Origin: Paludibacteraceae bacterium
Lineage (GTDB): Bacteria; Bacteroidota; Bacteroidia; Bacteroidales; Paludibacteraceae
Length of the DNA stretch: 64,000 nucleotides
Direction: 5' to 3'
Assembly (NCBI GenBank): GCA_017483945.1
Contig: JAFUUE010000028.1
Location: 8,365 to 72,364 of the forward strand
Under the pieces are notes generated by a model. The model saw only the letters and a program-made list of their open reading frames with translations. It was not told where the DNA came from and did not search any database. How positions within the stretch are numbered: the first letter of the stretch is position 1; every line of letters begins with the position of its first letter. This document shows positions 35,374 to 45,790 of this stretch, in pieces. A program made the translations under genes and the position numbers.

Positions 35374-37083
35374 ATGAGGAGACTTTTTTTAATCATAATT
35401 GGAATAGTAAATATTCTGCTGACTCATGCGCAATCTGTATCCAAAGAGATAGCGACTAAAGTGGCTATCCAATACATGGAAAATCACATCAGCGATGAAG
35501 CCCCTGTAAATTATGCGATGCTCTCTAAAGACAAAGGCATTAATACGGCATATACTCATATAATGTCTATTACAGGACGTGCACCATTGTATTTGATTCA
35601 ATTGTCCGAGGGGTGGATACTGGTGGCAAGCGAATACATAGAAACACCCGTGTTAGCCTCTGCTAATTTCGGACAATTCCCGTCAGTTGAAGAGATGCCG
35701 GATGGTATGAAGTGGTTAATCTCTTACTATGAGGAAGGCATGCAATATATTCGGGATAGCGTACTGGAAAGATCCGAGATTCGCAGGACATGGGATACAA
35801 TATATGAAAGTGCCAATTCGTCTAATAATAGAGCTACGAACCTTCCTGAAAGTTACGAGATCCCGAATATTAGCTCCATTAGGTGGAATCAAAGTGGAAA
35901 TAATTCCGGTTATTGGCCTGATTGTAATAAGGTTTATGACAAATATTGTCCTACGTGGTACACTCCAACATTTTGTAATCATACGTATGCTGGTTGTACT
36001 GCTATAGCAATGAGCGTTGTGATGCGTTACTTTCAATGGCCTTATTCCGCAATAATCCCGGATGAAATTGATTCGTCAGCGCATATTTCAGGAACAAAGC
36101 ATTTGGAAACGTATAGTTGGGAAAAAATGCCGTATGCAATCTATAATAATACAGATGAAGAAAATGCAAATGAGATTGCCGGTTTTTTGCGAGATTGTGG
36201 ATATGCAAGCAAAATGAAATATGGTAGGGATGGTTCTGGTACCAGTCTGGACAATGCCAAAAATGCTTTGTTAAATAACTTCCATTATGCGGGCATAGGT
36301 TGTTATAGCAGGTGGTGGTTTATAGGCAATTGGATTAATAAGTTAAAATCCGAGATTGCCGCTAATCGGCCTGTCATATATGCAGGGTATAATGAAAATG
36401 GCGGACATGCTTTTGTCTTATATGGTTATACTGCTAGTAATAAGTTTAAAATAAATTGGGGTTGGGGCGGTTCCTATAATGGTGGAGAGTTTACTCTTGA
36501 TTCCATCAAACCATACCCTCTCCATCCAGGATACCCGAACAGTCAAGAAGCTCTGTGGAATATAACGCCGAAATATCCAAATTGTGGTTCTTATATGGTT
36601 AGTTCAAGTGATGTCAATCAAACGAACTTTGAAATATATCGTGGTGGGAATATTACCTTACAAAATGTCACGATGCCAAGTGGTAAATCCGGTGTAATCT
36701 ATTCTGGAGAAGGTGTTCGATTGACGAGTGGAGCCCATATTGCGTATGGCGCAAATGTGCGCATTGGTATTAAAAATATGCATTGTGACAATAGAGGTGA
36801 ATCTATTGAGGAAGAAAATCTTCCCTCTTACCGGCATGTCAGAAAAGAACGGAATATCAAAAATCACGGGCTTGCTATTTCCCCCAATCCGGTCTCGGAC
36901 GTATTGACCATAACTGCAGATTGCGATTTAGAATCGGCTACGATATATACGCTTGATGGGCAGTGCCTGCTACAGACAAATGAGAAGCAAATCAATGTCT
37001 CTCTATTTCCCGCCGGTATATACATACTTCGAGCCAAGACGCGTGATGGAGAATTCCTGCAAACAAAGTTTATTCATCAATGA
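35374..37083 (+). CDS. C10 family (streptopain/SpeB-like) cysteine peptidase with T9SS C-terminal sorting domain
   Basis: 569 aa. Signal peptide, N-terminal Spi-type prodomain (SKEIATKVAIQYMENH), catalytic Cys context YAGCTAIAMSVVMRYFQWP, catalytic His context NGGHAFVLYGY, and C-terminal LAISPNPVSDVLTI...IYTLDGQCLLQ...LFPAGIYILRAKTRDGEFLQTKFI. Confidence 0.85.
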   Translation: MRRLFLIIIGIVNILLTHAQSVSKEIATKVAIQYMENHISDEAPVNYAMLSKDKGINTAYTHIMSITGRAPLYLIQLSEGWILVASEYIETPVLASANFGQFPSVEEMPDGMKWLISYYEEGMQYIRDSVLERSEIRRTWDTIYESANSSNNRATNLPESYEIPNISSIRWNQSGNNSGYWPDCNKVYDKYCPTWYTPTFCNHTYAGCTAIAMSVVMRYFQWPYSAIIPDEIDSSAHISGTKHLETYSWEKMPYAIYNNTDEENANEIAGFLRDCGYASKMKYGRDGSGTSLDNAKNALLNNFHYAGIGCYSRWWFIGNWINKLKSEIAANRPVIYAGYNENGGHAFVLYGYTASNKFKINWGWGGSYNGGEFTLDSIKPYPLHPGYPNSQEALWNITPKYPNCGSYMVSSSDVNQTNFEIYRGGNITLQNVTMPSGKSGVIYSGEGVRLTSGAHIAYGANVRIGIKNMHCDNRGESIEEENLPSYRHVRKERNIKNHGLAISPNPVSDVLTITADCDLESATIYTLDGQCLLQTNEKQINVSLFPAGIYILRAKTRDGEFLQTKFIHQ

Positions 37084-37154
37084 TTGAAATACGCACTTTA
37101 TCGGTGAATCGTGTCGAATAGGATAGAAAACGATACCCAACAGTTCGAGTTGTG

Positions 37155-38975
37155 ATGAGGAAAAATAGTAATAAAGCAATGAGAGATATACTGGCAAAAT
37201 ATCAGCAATTATTGTTTTTTGCATTGGTCGTATTCTGTTTGACCGCAAAATGCTTGATTTGGCACATGCAGTTCTTCGGGGATAAGATACTCCCCGTATT
37301 GGGCTGTTTATGCTCTTCTATATTACTGGCTTCAGGGATTTGGATTTCCAAACGTCGCCCTTGGTGGATTCTATTGCTGCTTTGGGCTGCGAATATATGG
37401 TTGTTTGCGAACTATGCGTATGAGCGCGCCTGGGGTAGAATCTTATCTATGGATATGATTCGAATGGCCGGTAATCTCCGTGGATTTGAGGATAGCGTAC
37501 TTCTTTACTTCCAATCGGATATGTTATATTGGCTATTATTGCCGGATGTGTTATGCGCTATCGGTATTTTCCTATGGAAAAAGCAGGAACGGAGGCTTTG
37601 GACCGGATTCGGCGGTGTACTCGCATTATATATAATGTGTATTCCTATTCAGCAGATATACTATTTTGATAAGACCTATGAGCGCCGCGTCGGGTATAAC
37701 AATAATGTAGGTCTTGCGCACTGGTGGCATATTTACGAACCCTTCTTTAGTCCTTATATATGGCCGAAGGAGGCGGCTTACGATGCCTTTATGTACCAAG
37801 TGCCACAAGATTGGGAACGCCCCTTCATAAGGCAATACGGAATCATTCATTTCGGGTCGGGGCTCATGGCTTTCGATAAACGCTACAGTGAGTTGGAACG
37901 AACCGTAATGGGTGAGTCTGTAGAACTGACCCCGGAGCAACAGGAACTCATCACTAAGTTGACGAATCCCTCAACGGACTTTACCCCGCAACGCAGCCTT
38001 GTGTTTATTTTGGTGGAGAGCCTGGAGAGTTGGGCGGTGGATTATCCGTTAGGAGACACTTATGTGATGCCGAATATGCATGATTTTATTCATTCGCATC
38101 ATACTTTCTATGCATCTCAAATGCATTGCCAAGTATGTTATGGAGGATCGAGTGACGGACAACTGATGGCTATGACGGGGCTGCTTCCTGTGCGAAAAGG
38201 TGTGTCTGTCGCACTTTATGGAGACCAACCTTTCCCTAATTATGCGCATTATTTCCCGCAGTCGATGACCCTTAATCCATCGCCGGGCGTGTGGAAACAA
38301 CCTATGGTTAATCCGAATTATGGAATCCAAATACTGGAGGAGAGTGATTCTATTCGGGATGATGCCGGCATCTTCAGACGGCTCAATACGGTTGATTTCT
38401 CCGAACCGACCTTTGTGTTGGCAATCACTGTCTCTTCACACGTCCCATACTCAAAAGCCAATGAGATAGACTTGGATTTGGATGCTGATATGCCGGAGAC
38501 GATGGCAAAATACCTAAAGTGTCTCCATTATATGGATGAGCAATTGGGTACTTTCCTCAAGAGGTTGGATTTTGATTCGGCTCTTCAAAATGCAGATATC
38601 GTTATTACCGGCGATCATACCATTTTTTATGCACAGGATTGGAAAAAGATGCAGGAGTATGCGAAATCCAAAGGGATAGCATGCTTAGGTGACGGCGTGA
38701 ATACAACGGCATTGATGATGTATTCCCCCCGATTTTCAAGGTCTATCCATATGGACGAGGCTACATTCCAAATGGATATTTATCCTTCCGTTATGCACAT
38801 GATTGGATGCGAAGAACCGGAATGGAGAGGTGTTGGTTTAGATTTGTTGGGGACAACGCCGCGTTTATTGGATATGAATCAAGCTACCGAACTGAGCGAC
38901 AAACTGATAAGGGGTAGATATACAACCACCTTGTGCGGGAAAAAGAATACACAGTCGCCCGAAAAAGATATATAA
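37155..38975 (+). CDS. LTA synthase family / sulfatase-fold membrane protein
   Basis: About 606 aa. Five N-terminal TM helices then an alkaline-phosphatase-superfamily domain (LVFILVESLESW...GSSDGQLMAMTGLLP...ITGDH). Confidence 0.75.
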   Translation: MRKNSNKAMRDILAKYQQLLFFALVVFCLTAKCLIWHMQFFGDKILPVLGCLCSSILLASGIWISKRRPWWILLLLWAANIWLFANYAYERAWGRILSMDMIRMAGNLRGFEDSVLLYFQSDMLYWLLLPDVLCAIGIFLWKKQERRLWTGFGGVLALYIMCIPIQQIYYFDKTYERRVGYNNNVGLAHWWHIYEPFFSPYIWPKEAAYDAFMYQVPQDWERPFIRQYGIIHFGSGLMAFDKRYSELERTVMGESVELTPEQQELITKLTNPSTDFTPQRSLVFILVESLESWAVDYPLGDTYVMPNMHDFIHSHHTFYASQMHCQVCYGGSSDGQLMAMTGLLPVRKGVSVALYGDQPFPNYAHYFPQSMTLNPSPGVWKQPMVNPNYGIQILEESDSIRDDAGIFRRLNTVDFSEPTFVLAITVSSHVPYSKANEIDLDLDADMPETMAKYLKCLHYMDEQLGTFLKRLDFDSALQNADIVITGDHTIFYAQDWKKMQEYAKSKGIACLGDGVNTTALMMYSPRFSRSIHMDEATFQMDIYPSVMHMIGCEEPEWRGVGLDLLGTTPRLLDMNQATELSDKLIRGRYTTTLCGKKNTQSPEKDI

Positions 38976-38977
38976 TC

Positions 38978-39009
38978 CTTGCACATTTGCGTTTTTAGTT
39001 GTAACTTTG
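38978..39009 (+). promoter_or_regulatory. promoter of the TPR/LuxR regulator gene
   Basis: CTTG (38978-38981), N20, TAACTTTG (39002-39009), only 9 nt before the ATG at 39019. Confidence 0.5.
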
Positions 39010-39018
39010 CACTCCGTT

Positions 39019-40443
39019 ATGCGAACCGCTTGTCTGATACTATTGTCCTTGGCTCTGCTTGGCTGTACGCCACACCGGGCGCTCCGGACGCTGGCCGTGG
39101 CGGATAGCCTGCGGGCAGAGGGACAATCCTATGGCGATAGTATGGCTCTTGCACAGGCGGTGTCTGACCTCCGTACCTGTCGTCTCGTCTATCCGAACGA
39201 CTATGCACGCGCCTGTTATCACTATGCCCGCTTGCTGACAGACCGGCAGGAGGAGCGCGCAGCCATGCAGCACTTCCTCCGCATCACCCGCCTCCGCAAT
39301 ATAGACCCCGTCCTCAGGGGAAGAGCCTATAGCAACATGGCGCGCATCGCCGGTCAACAGCATGACGAACGACTGGCTATCAGTCTGTACGAACAGAGTG
39401 CCCGCTCTTTCCTGAACGGGCGCGACACGCTTCTCTATGCCTACAGCCTGACCAATATAGCCTGGCAGTTGGGCTATCTGCAACGCCGCACAGAAGCGCT
39501 CCATTATGTCGATTCCGCCCTCAGCCTCGTGACGGACGACGGGCTTATACAGAAAGCCGCAGAGACACGCGCTGCAATCTGTTATTATGCACAAGACTAC
39601 GACGCAGCCCTGTCTTATATGGCCTTGCCCGCATTCCCCGACAATGCCTACACCTGCCTGCTCAAGGCGCAGACCTGCTATGCCTCAGGCCGCAATGATT
39701 CAGCCACGCTATTTGCCAAGCAGGTGCCGGAGCGCACGCAGAACCCTTATTACCTGATAGATGCCTACTATATCCTCCTGCACGACTCGGCTTCCGCTAC
39801 CCCGCAGGAACTGGCCTGCTGGAACGCTGCGCGCACACAGATGCTGTTGCTCTGCAACCGGACAGACATAGAGCATACCCAAGCATTGGATTTCTATCTC
39901 GGGAACCGTAAGAAAGCCCGCTGGCTCCTTTGTGGTGCTATAGTGTTGACTGTCATCGCCTTGTCTCTGTTCTTCACGTTCCTCTATTATCGGAGAAAAG
40001 GCCACCGAGTCGGGATGCTCGGCAAACTCCTCCATTCCATGCAGGCGGAGCGCATACATATTGAAAAGCAAATAGAGCGGGCGCGGCAGGACTATAGAAC
40101 CGAATGCGAAAAACGCCTGGAGGAGACATGCCGGACGCTGCGCAAGACCGATAACTTCCGGCAGGACATGGCCTGGAGCAACTACGAACAGATGTGCCTC
40201 CGAGCCGACAACCGCTTGGACCACGTCATTACCTGCTTACGCCCCTTCCGACTCTCCCAGAAAGAGACCCGGCTGTGTGTACTGGTGCTTATCGGATTCA
40301 GTAATAGACAGATAGCCGACCTCCTCCCCTATGCCGAGAGCGGTATCGGCAAGTTCAAATATATGGTGGCACGTAAACTGGGAACGCCTACCAACGAGTT
40401 AAGAATGTTCCTCCTAAATATAGTTCTTTCCCAACAACGATGA
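39019..40443 (+). CDS. membrane-spanning TPR-like protein with C-terminal LuxR-type HTH
   Basis: ATG at 39019 (MRTACLILLSLALLGCT lipobox). TPR-like helical N-domain, TM helix WLLCGAIVLTVIALSLFFTFLYY, and C-terminal LSQKETRLCVLVLIGFSNRQIADLL. Confidence 0.65.
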   Translation: MRTACLILLSLALLGCTPHRALRTLAVADSLRAEGQSYGDSMALAQAVSDLRTCRLVYPNDYARACYHYARLLTDRQEERAAMQHFLRITRLRNIDPVLRGRAYSNMARIAGQQHDERLAISLYEQSARSFLNGRDTLLYAYSLTNIAWQLGYLQRRTEALHYVDSALSLVTDDGLIQKAAETRAAICYYAQDYDAALSYMALPAFPDNAYTCLLKAQTCYASGRNDSATLFAKQVPERTQNPYYLIDAYYILLHDSASATPQELACWNAARTQMLLLCNRTDIEHTQALDFYLGNRKKARWLLCGAIVLTVIALSLFFTFLYYRRKGHRVGMLGKLLHSMQAERIHIEKQIERARQDYRTECEKRLEETCRTLRKTDNFRQDMAWSNYEQMCLRADNRLDHVITCLRPFRLSQKETRLCVLVLIGFSNRQIADLLPYAESGIGKFKYMVARKLGTPTNELRMFLLNIVLSQQR

Positions 40444-40736
40444 ACGACTCTTCTTATATCAACACATTCCCAAGGGCGCTGCGGATAGGCCTTATCCTTT
40501 TGACAATGACCATTCTCTTCGGATGCACAGGAGATGTCCTCGACTCGCCTGCTCCCAAAGACTCGCCCGACATAGGCAAGCCCCAACCTGCGACGCCCAC
40601 TGACTATCGAAGCAGACATGACATTGAGACGCTTCGGATGGGTAGGTCTATGCCGAATCCTAAGGAGATAAATTTCCCGAACTCTCCCGAGATGACGCCT
40701 ATACGTGACTCCATATTCTTAAAACAAATCCGCTGA
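40440..40736 (+). CDS. small lipoprotein, translationally coupled (ATGA overlap)
   Basis: 98 aa with lipobox ILFGCTG, Pro/Asp-rich. Confidence 0.45.
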   Translation: MNDSSYINTFPRALRIGLILLTMTILFGCTGDVLDSPAPKDSPDIGKPQPATPTDYRSRHDIETLRMGRSMPNPKEINFPNSPEMTPIRDSIFLKQIR

Positions 40737-40792
40737 CTTCCGGGGCGTATCGACTGCTTGTCGGCGTTTTTTTCTCGTGTAAGGCAAATAAA

Positions 40793-40824
40793 TTTGCATA
40801 TTCCAACTTTTTTTATTACCTTTG
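40793..40824 (+). promoter_or_regulatory. promoter of DUF6089-uppS-bamA-skp-skp
   Basis: TTTG (40793-40796), N20, TACCTTTG (40817-40824). Confidence 0.6.
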
Positions 40825-40872
40825 TGCGCTAATTGTGTAATTTGCATTATTGTGCCCAAGGTAATCCGACAT

Positions 40873-41529
40873 ATGCTCCCGCTGACGCTGTTGCTGTGCA
40901 TGGCGACAAGCATAGCCTGTGCCCAACCGCGGCAGTTCCATTGCGAAGTGGGGCTGCAGGGCGGATGCGGATACTATGTCGGTGATGCTACGCCCCACAT
41001 CTTCATGAATGTACGCGAGGCTTACGGCGCCCATTTCCGCTATAAGTTCGACCAACGATGGGCTATCCAGGTCAAGGGACTCACCCAACGCCTAACGGGA
41101 CCGATGCTCGACAACGGACGCGTGCTGGACACCTACTGGCAGACCCAAATGGTCAACCTCGACGCCATGGCCGAGTTCAACTTCTTCCGCTTCGGCGCTA
41201 AGGAGTACGACAAACGGGTCAAACCCCTCACACCCTATATCTTCCTCGGCGTCGGCTGCTCCCTCTACGGACGCGACATGCTCACACCGGGCTTCTATAT
41301 CCCGCTGGGATTCGGACTCAAATGGAAATTCTCCCAACGCTTCGGACTTAATCTGGCATGGCAGCATAATGTCTATGTCGCTGATAACCTGGAGGGAGTG
41401 GATAATCTGAACAATACCTACAAACTCAATGGAAGCAATATTTTTAACTGCGATATCGCGGGACAACTCACGTTAGGCATAGTTTTTGAATTTGCTCCCG
41501 AGAAGAAGAACTGCAAATACTGCAACTGA
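40873..41529 (+). CDS. outer-membrane beta-barrel protein (DUF6089-like)
   Basis: ATG at 40873 ([18 protein letters not shown]). Alternating beta-strand pattern, in the conserved position before uppS-bamA. Confidence 0.65.
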   Translation: MLPLTLLLCMATSIACAQPRQFHCEVGLQGGCGYYVGDATPHIFMNVREAYGAHFRYKFDQRWAIQVKGLTQRLTGPMLDNGRVLDTYWQTQMVNLDAMAEFNFFRFGAKEYDKRVKPLTPYIFLGVGCSLYGRDMLTPGFYIPLGFGLKWKFSQRFGLNLAWQHNVYVADNLEGVDNLNNTYKLNGSNIFNCDIAGQLTLGIVFEFAPEKKNCKYCN

Positions 41530-42269
41530 TGACATATAAAGAACAAATACAACCCGACCGGCTCCCGCGCCATATCGCTATCATCATGGATGGTAATGGC
41601 CGCTGGGCCAAACGCCAGGGACTGGCGCGCATGTTCGGACATAAACAGGGCGTACAGACCGTACATGACATCACCGAGGCCGCAGCCGAGGTGGGGGTTA
41701 AGTATCTGACTCTCTATACCTTCTCTACCGAGAACTGGAACCGACCCAAGGAGGAGGTGGATGCACTCATGACACTCCTGGTGGACACTGTCGTCAAGGA
41801 GACACCCACGCTCATGCGTAACAATGTCCGGCTGCTCACCATCGGAGACACCTCCCGGCTGCCACGCAAGACCTACGACATGTTCATGCAATGCATCGAG
41901 CAGACTGCCGCCAACACAGGACTCCGACTGGTCATAGCGCTCAGCTACTCAGCCCGTTGGGAGATAACGGAGGCCGCACGGACCATCGCACGGCGCGTGC
42001 ACGACGGAGACCTCCGACCCGAGGATATCAGCGAACAACTGCTCTCCGAGAGCATGACCACACGAGACATACCCGATCCCGACCTGCTCATCCGCACCAG
42101 CGGAGAATACCGCATCAGCAACTTCCTCCTCTGGCAACTGGCCTATGCCGAACTCTACTTCACCGACCTGCTCTGGCCCGAGTTCAGCGTCGAGGAGTTC
42201 TACAAGGCTATCGTCGATTATCAACACCGTGAACGTAGATTTGGAAAAACCAGTGAACAGATTTCTTAA
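41529..42269 (+). CDS. uppS: isoprenyl transferase (undecaprenyl diphosphate synthase)
   Basis: 246 aa. [24 protein letters not shown] and [25 protein letters not shown] motifs. Confidence 0.92.
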   Translation: MTYKEQIQPDRLPRHIAIIMDGNGRWAKRQGLARMFGHKQGVQTVHDITEAAAEVGVKYLTLYTFSTENWNRPKEEVDALMTLLVDTVVKETPTLMRNNVRLLTIGDTSRLPRKTYDMFMQCIEQTAANTGLRLVIALSYSARWEITEAARTIARRVHDGDLRPEDISEQLLSESMTTRDIPDPDLLIRTSGEYRISNFLLWQLAYAELYFTDLLWPEFSVEEFYKAIVDYQHRERRFGKTSEQIS

Positions 42270-44865
42270 TATATTGCTACTCACGCTGTTGGTGACCCTG
42301 CCGCTCCGTGCGCAGTTGGCGGACTCCCTCGCGACCGAGGTGCCCCCTCAGCCCTCGCCCGTCATCGAGTATTCTACCCAGCGCAACACCTACGAGATTG
42401 CCGGCATATCCGTCAGCGGAGCCGACTCCTATGAGGACTTCGTGCTCATCGGATTCTCAGGACTCGCCGTCGGTGACAAGATTGAAGTCCCCGGCGACCA
42501 GATAACCAAAGCCATCAAACGCTTCTGGAAACAAGGGCTCTTCTCCGACGTCAAGATTAAAGCCACACGCATCGAGGGGCAGAAGATATGGCTCGAGATT
42601 GCCCTCAAACAGCGCCCGCGCGTCTCCGAAGTGACCTATAACGGATTGAAGAAGAGTGAGAAAGAGGATGTCGAGGTCAAGGTCGGCATCAGCCGGGGAA
42701 GCCAGATGACACCCAACCTCGCTGACCGAGCACAGTCCGTCATACGCAAATACCTCGCCGAGAAAGGATTCCACAACGCCGTCGTCGAGGTGCTCCAGCG
42801 GGAAGACCATGACCACCCCGGATACGTCAAAGTGGCTATCAATGTGGACAAAAAGGTCAAAACAAAGGTCGGAAAGATATACATCACCGGCAACCAGGCC
42901 CTCACGCACACGCAGATAAACAAGGCGATGAAGAAGACCAACGATAACAATATCGTCAACCTCTTCCGTACCAAGAAGTTCGTCGCCGAGGAGTACGAGA
43001 ACGACAAGCGCGCCGTCATCGAGAAGTACAACGAAATAGGCTACCGCGACGCACACATCGTCGCCGACAGCGTCGTCCCTAACCCCGAGGACTCCAACCG
43101 AGTGGATGTCTATATGACTATAGATGAGGGCGGTAAATACTACATCCGCTCTATCCGATGGGTCGGCAACACCGTCTATCCCTACGAGGCACTCGACGCC
43201 ACACTCGGCATCAAGAAGGGCGACACCTACAACCTCAAGACCCTCAACGCCAGACTCCAATCCGACGACGACGCCGTCAGCAAACTCTATACCGACCGCG
43301 GATACCTCTTCTTCAATGTCGAACCTATCGAAGTCAAGGTCGAGAACGACTCCATCGACTTCGAGATGCGCATGTACGAAGGACGACCCGCTACCATCAA
43401 CCGCATCAATATCGTCGGTAACACACGTGTCTATGAGCACGTTGTGCGGCGCGAACTATACACCAAACCCGGACAACTCTACTCCCAGTCCGACATCATG
43501 CGCTCCCTCCGCGAACTCGCACAGATGGGACACTTCGACCAGGAGAAACTCGTCCCCGACATCCAGCCCAACCCCGAGGAGGGGACAGTGGACATCACCT
43601 ACCAACTCGAGACCAAGTCCAGCGACCAGATTGAGTTCTCACTCGGCTGGGGCGCCACAGGACTCGTCGGACGACTCGGACTCAAATTCACGAACTTCGC
43701 CATACAGAACCTCTTCAACAAGAAGTCCTACCGCATCGTGCCCCAGGGCGAAGGACAGACCTTCTCCATCAACGCCCAGACCAACGGCGTCTATTACACC
43801 TCCGCCAGCCTATCCTTCCTTGAGCCGTGGCTCGGCGGTAAGCGCCCTAACTCACTTAGCGCCAGTATCTTCTTCGCCTCGCAGACCGGCTACTCCAACC
43901 GCTACTACCAGGCCTACCAGAACCTCTATAACACCTATTCCAACTACTATTACTATTCCGGCAACTCCGACTACTATCAGCAGCTCCAGAACTCTGAGGC
44001 GGACCCCGATAAGTACCTCCGCACCTTCGGCGTGAGTCTCGGCTATGGTAAGCGGCTCCGCTGGCCCGACGACTATTTCCAGTTCTACGGCGAACTGAGC
44101 TACCAGATGTACATGATGAAGGACTGGCCCTATCTGCTCATCGCCAACGGCACCAGCCACAACTTTGCCATCAACCTCCAGCTGTCCCGCTCCAGTATCG
44201 ACAACCCTATCTATACACGCCGCGGCTCGCAGTTCCTCCTCGGACTCAAGATTACACCGCCGTACTCCCTCATGACAGGACTCGACTACTCACAAATGAC
44301 TCAGTCCGAACGATATAACCTCATCGAGTACCATAAGTGGAAATTCTCCGGCAAGGTCTTTACGCCACTCACACGCGACTCCAAACTCGTCCTCATGACC
44401 CGAGCCGAGTTCGGCTATCTCGGACACTATAACAAGTACTGCAAATCCCCCTTCGAGTCCTTCTATATGGGTGGCGACGGTATGTCCGGATACTCCAGCT
44501 ACTCAACCGATTACGTCGGTATGCGCGGATACTCCTCCGGCTCGCTCACGCCCTACGACCCCACCACCGGACGTAACATGGGATATGTCTATGACAAGTT
44601 CACGCTCGAATTGCGATACCCCGTATCACTCGAGCAGAACGCTACCATATGGCTCCTCGGATTCCTCGAGGCAGGTAACTGCTTCGCCGACATCTCCGAC
44701 TTTAACCCCTTCGACCTCAAACGCTCCGCAGGAGTCGGCGTACGAATCTTCCTGCCTATGTTCGGCCTGATGGGTATAGACTGGGGATGGGGATTCGACG
44801 AGATAAACGGCTCACGACAGTACAGCGGCAGCCAGTTCCACTTCGTCCTCGGACAGGAACTCTAA
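42253..44865 (+). CDS. bamA: outer membrane protein assembly factor BamA
   Basis: POTRA repeats and a C-terminal beta-barrel ending FHFVLGQEL. The start is uncertain: GTG 42253 ([21 protein letters not shown] signal peptide) or TTG 42241. The track ORF start 42145 lies inside uppS. Confidence 0.88.
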   Translation: MNRFLNILLLTLLVTLPLRAQLADSLATEVPPQPSPVIEYSTQRNTYEIAGISVSGADSYEDFVLIGFSGLAVGDKIEVPGDQITKAIKRFWKQGLFSDVKIKATRIEGQKIWLEIALKQRPRVSEVTYNGLKKSEKEDVEVKVGISRGSQMTPNLADRAQSVIRKYLAEKGFHNAVVEVLQREDHDHPGYVKVAINVDKKVKTKVGKIYITGNQALTHTQINKAMKKTNDNNIVNLFRTKKFVAEEYENDKRAVIEKYNEIGYRDAHIVADSVVPNPEDSNRVDVYMTIDEGGKYYIRSIRWVGNTVYPYEALDATLGIKKGDTYNLKTLNARLQSDDDAVSKLYTDRGYLFFNVEPIEVKVENDSIDFEMRMYEGRPATINRINIVGNTRVYEHVVRRELYTKPGQLYSQSDIMRSLRELAQMGHFDQEKLVPDIQPNPEEGTVDITYQLETKSSDQIEFSLGWGATGLVGRLGLKFTNFAIQNLFNKKSYRIVPQGEGQTFSINAQTNGVYYTSASLSFLEPWLGGKRPNSLSASIFFASQTGYSNRYYQAYQNLYNTYSNYYYYSGNSDYYQQLQNSEADPDKYLRTFGVSLGYGKRLRWPDDYFQFYGELSYQMYMMKDWPYLLIANGTSHNFAINLQLSRSSIDNPIYTRRGSQFLLGLKITPPYSLMTGLDYSQMTQSERYNLIEYHKWKFSGKVFTPLTRDSKLVLMTRAEFGYLGHYNKYCKSPFESFYMGGDGMSGYSSYSTDYVGMRGYSSGSLTPYDPTTGRNMGYVYDKFTLELRYPVSLEQNATIWLLGFLEAGNCFADISDFNPFDLKRSAGVGVRIFLPMFGLMGIDWGWGFDEINGSRQYSGSQFHFVLGQEL

Positions 44866-44888
44866 CCGCACTCTTAGGGGCAATTAGA

Positions 44889-45004
44889 CCCGCATGGCAC
44901 CCGAAAAAGAACTTGAGTTTACGAAAGTTGTTTTTCGGAGAGCGGAGGCCCCGAGCACCTAATGCCGCTTTGCGGCAGTCCGTGTGCGAGGGAACCGAAC
45001 GCGA
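44889..45004 (+). repeat. structured repeat element, copy 2 (116 nt), downstream of bamA
   Basis: Collinear with 26561-26714 except for a ~39-nt insertion in copy 1. Confidence 0.8.
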
Positions 45005-45033
45005 CTCGCCCGCGAATCGCCACGAAGAGGCGA

Positions 45034-45112
45034 CCAAACCCGTACCGTTCCCGACGGATCTCCGACGGATCTCCGACGGATCTCGGAACCAAACCCGTAC
45101 CGGAGCCGACGG
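45034..45112. repeat. anchor CCAAACCCGTACCGTTC + (CCGACGGATCT)x3 + second partial anchor
   Basis: Direct reading. The anchor matches the AATCACGCG arrays but the 11-bp unit is different. Confidence 0.9.
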
Positions 45113-45125
45113 TCGAGAGGTGCCC

Positions 45126-45216
45126 TAAACAACTCTAAACAACTTTAAACAACTTTAAACAACTCTAAACAACTTTAAACAACTTTAAACAACTTTAAAC
45201 CACTTAAAACAACTAC
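45126..45216 (+). repeat. 9 tandem 10-bp units (AAACAACT[C/T]T) forming the leader of skp-1
   Basis: Direct reading. It ends AAACCACTTAAAACAACTACACGA then ATG (45221). Confidence 0.95.
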
Positions 45217-45220
45217 ACGA

Positions 45221-45748
45221 ATGAAAAAACTTTGTCAAATAACCCTCCTCGCGCTCTGCCTCCTCATGGCACCATGCGCCTCCTTCGCCAAAGACCAAAC
45301 CGTCGCATACATCGACATGGCATATATCCTCAAGAACCTCCCCCAGTACGAGACCGCTAACGACCAACTCTCCATGATTAGCCGCCGCTGGCAGAAGGAG
45401 ATTGACGCCCTCCAGCAGGAGGCACGCGTACTGGCTACCAACTACCAGACCGAGCAAATCTTCCTCTCCGAGGACATGAAAGCACGGCGGGAGCAGGAAA
45501 TCGTCGCCAAAGAGCAGGAGGTACTCGAACTCAAACGACGCTACTTCGGACAGGACGGAGAACTCTACAAGAAACGTGAGGCACTCATCAAACCCATTCA
45601 GGATGAGATATATGCTGCTATCCAGGAACTTGCCACAGAGAAACATATCGACGTCGTACGCGACCGCTCCGCCGACCCCGCACTCATCTATATGTCCTCC
45701 AAACTCGATATCTCCGACCAAGTCCTGCAAAAACTCGGCGCCAAATAA
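45221..45748 (+). CDS. OmpH/Skp family periplasmic chaperone
   Basis: 175 aa with a signal peptide. Coiled-coil Q/E/K-rich body, YIDMAYILKNLPQY start typical of OmpH. Confidence 0.85.
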   Translation: MKKLCQITLLALCLLMAPCASFAKDQTVAYIDMAYILKNLPQYETANDQLSMISRRWQKEIDALQQEARVLATNYQTEQIFLSEDMKARREQEIVAKEQEVLELKRRYFGQDGELYKKREALIKPIQDEIYAAIQELATEKHIDVVRDRSADPALIYMSSKLDISDQVLQKLGAK

Positions 45749-45790
45749 CATTGGCACGATAATTGCACTACCATTTAAGAACCCACACAC

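Noticed and set aside
42145-42252. N-terminal extension of the bamA ORF ([11 protein letters not shown]...)
   Set aside because: It lies inside the uppS coding region in another frame and is Ser/Pro-rich. The signal peptide begins only at about 42253.
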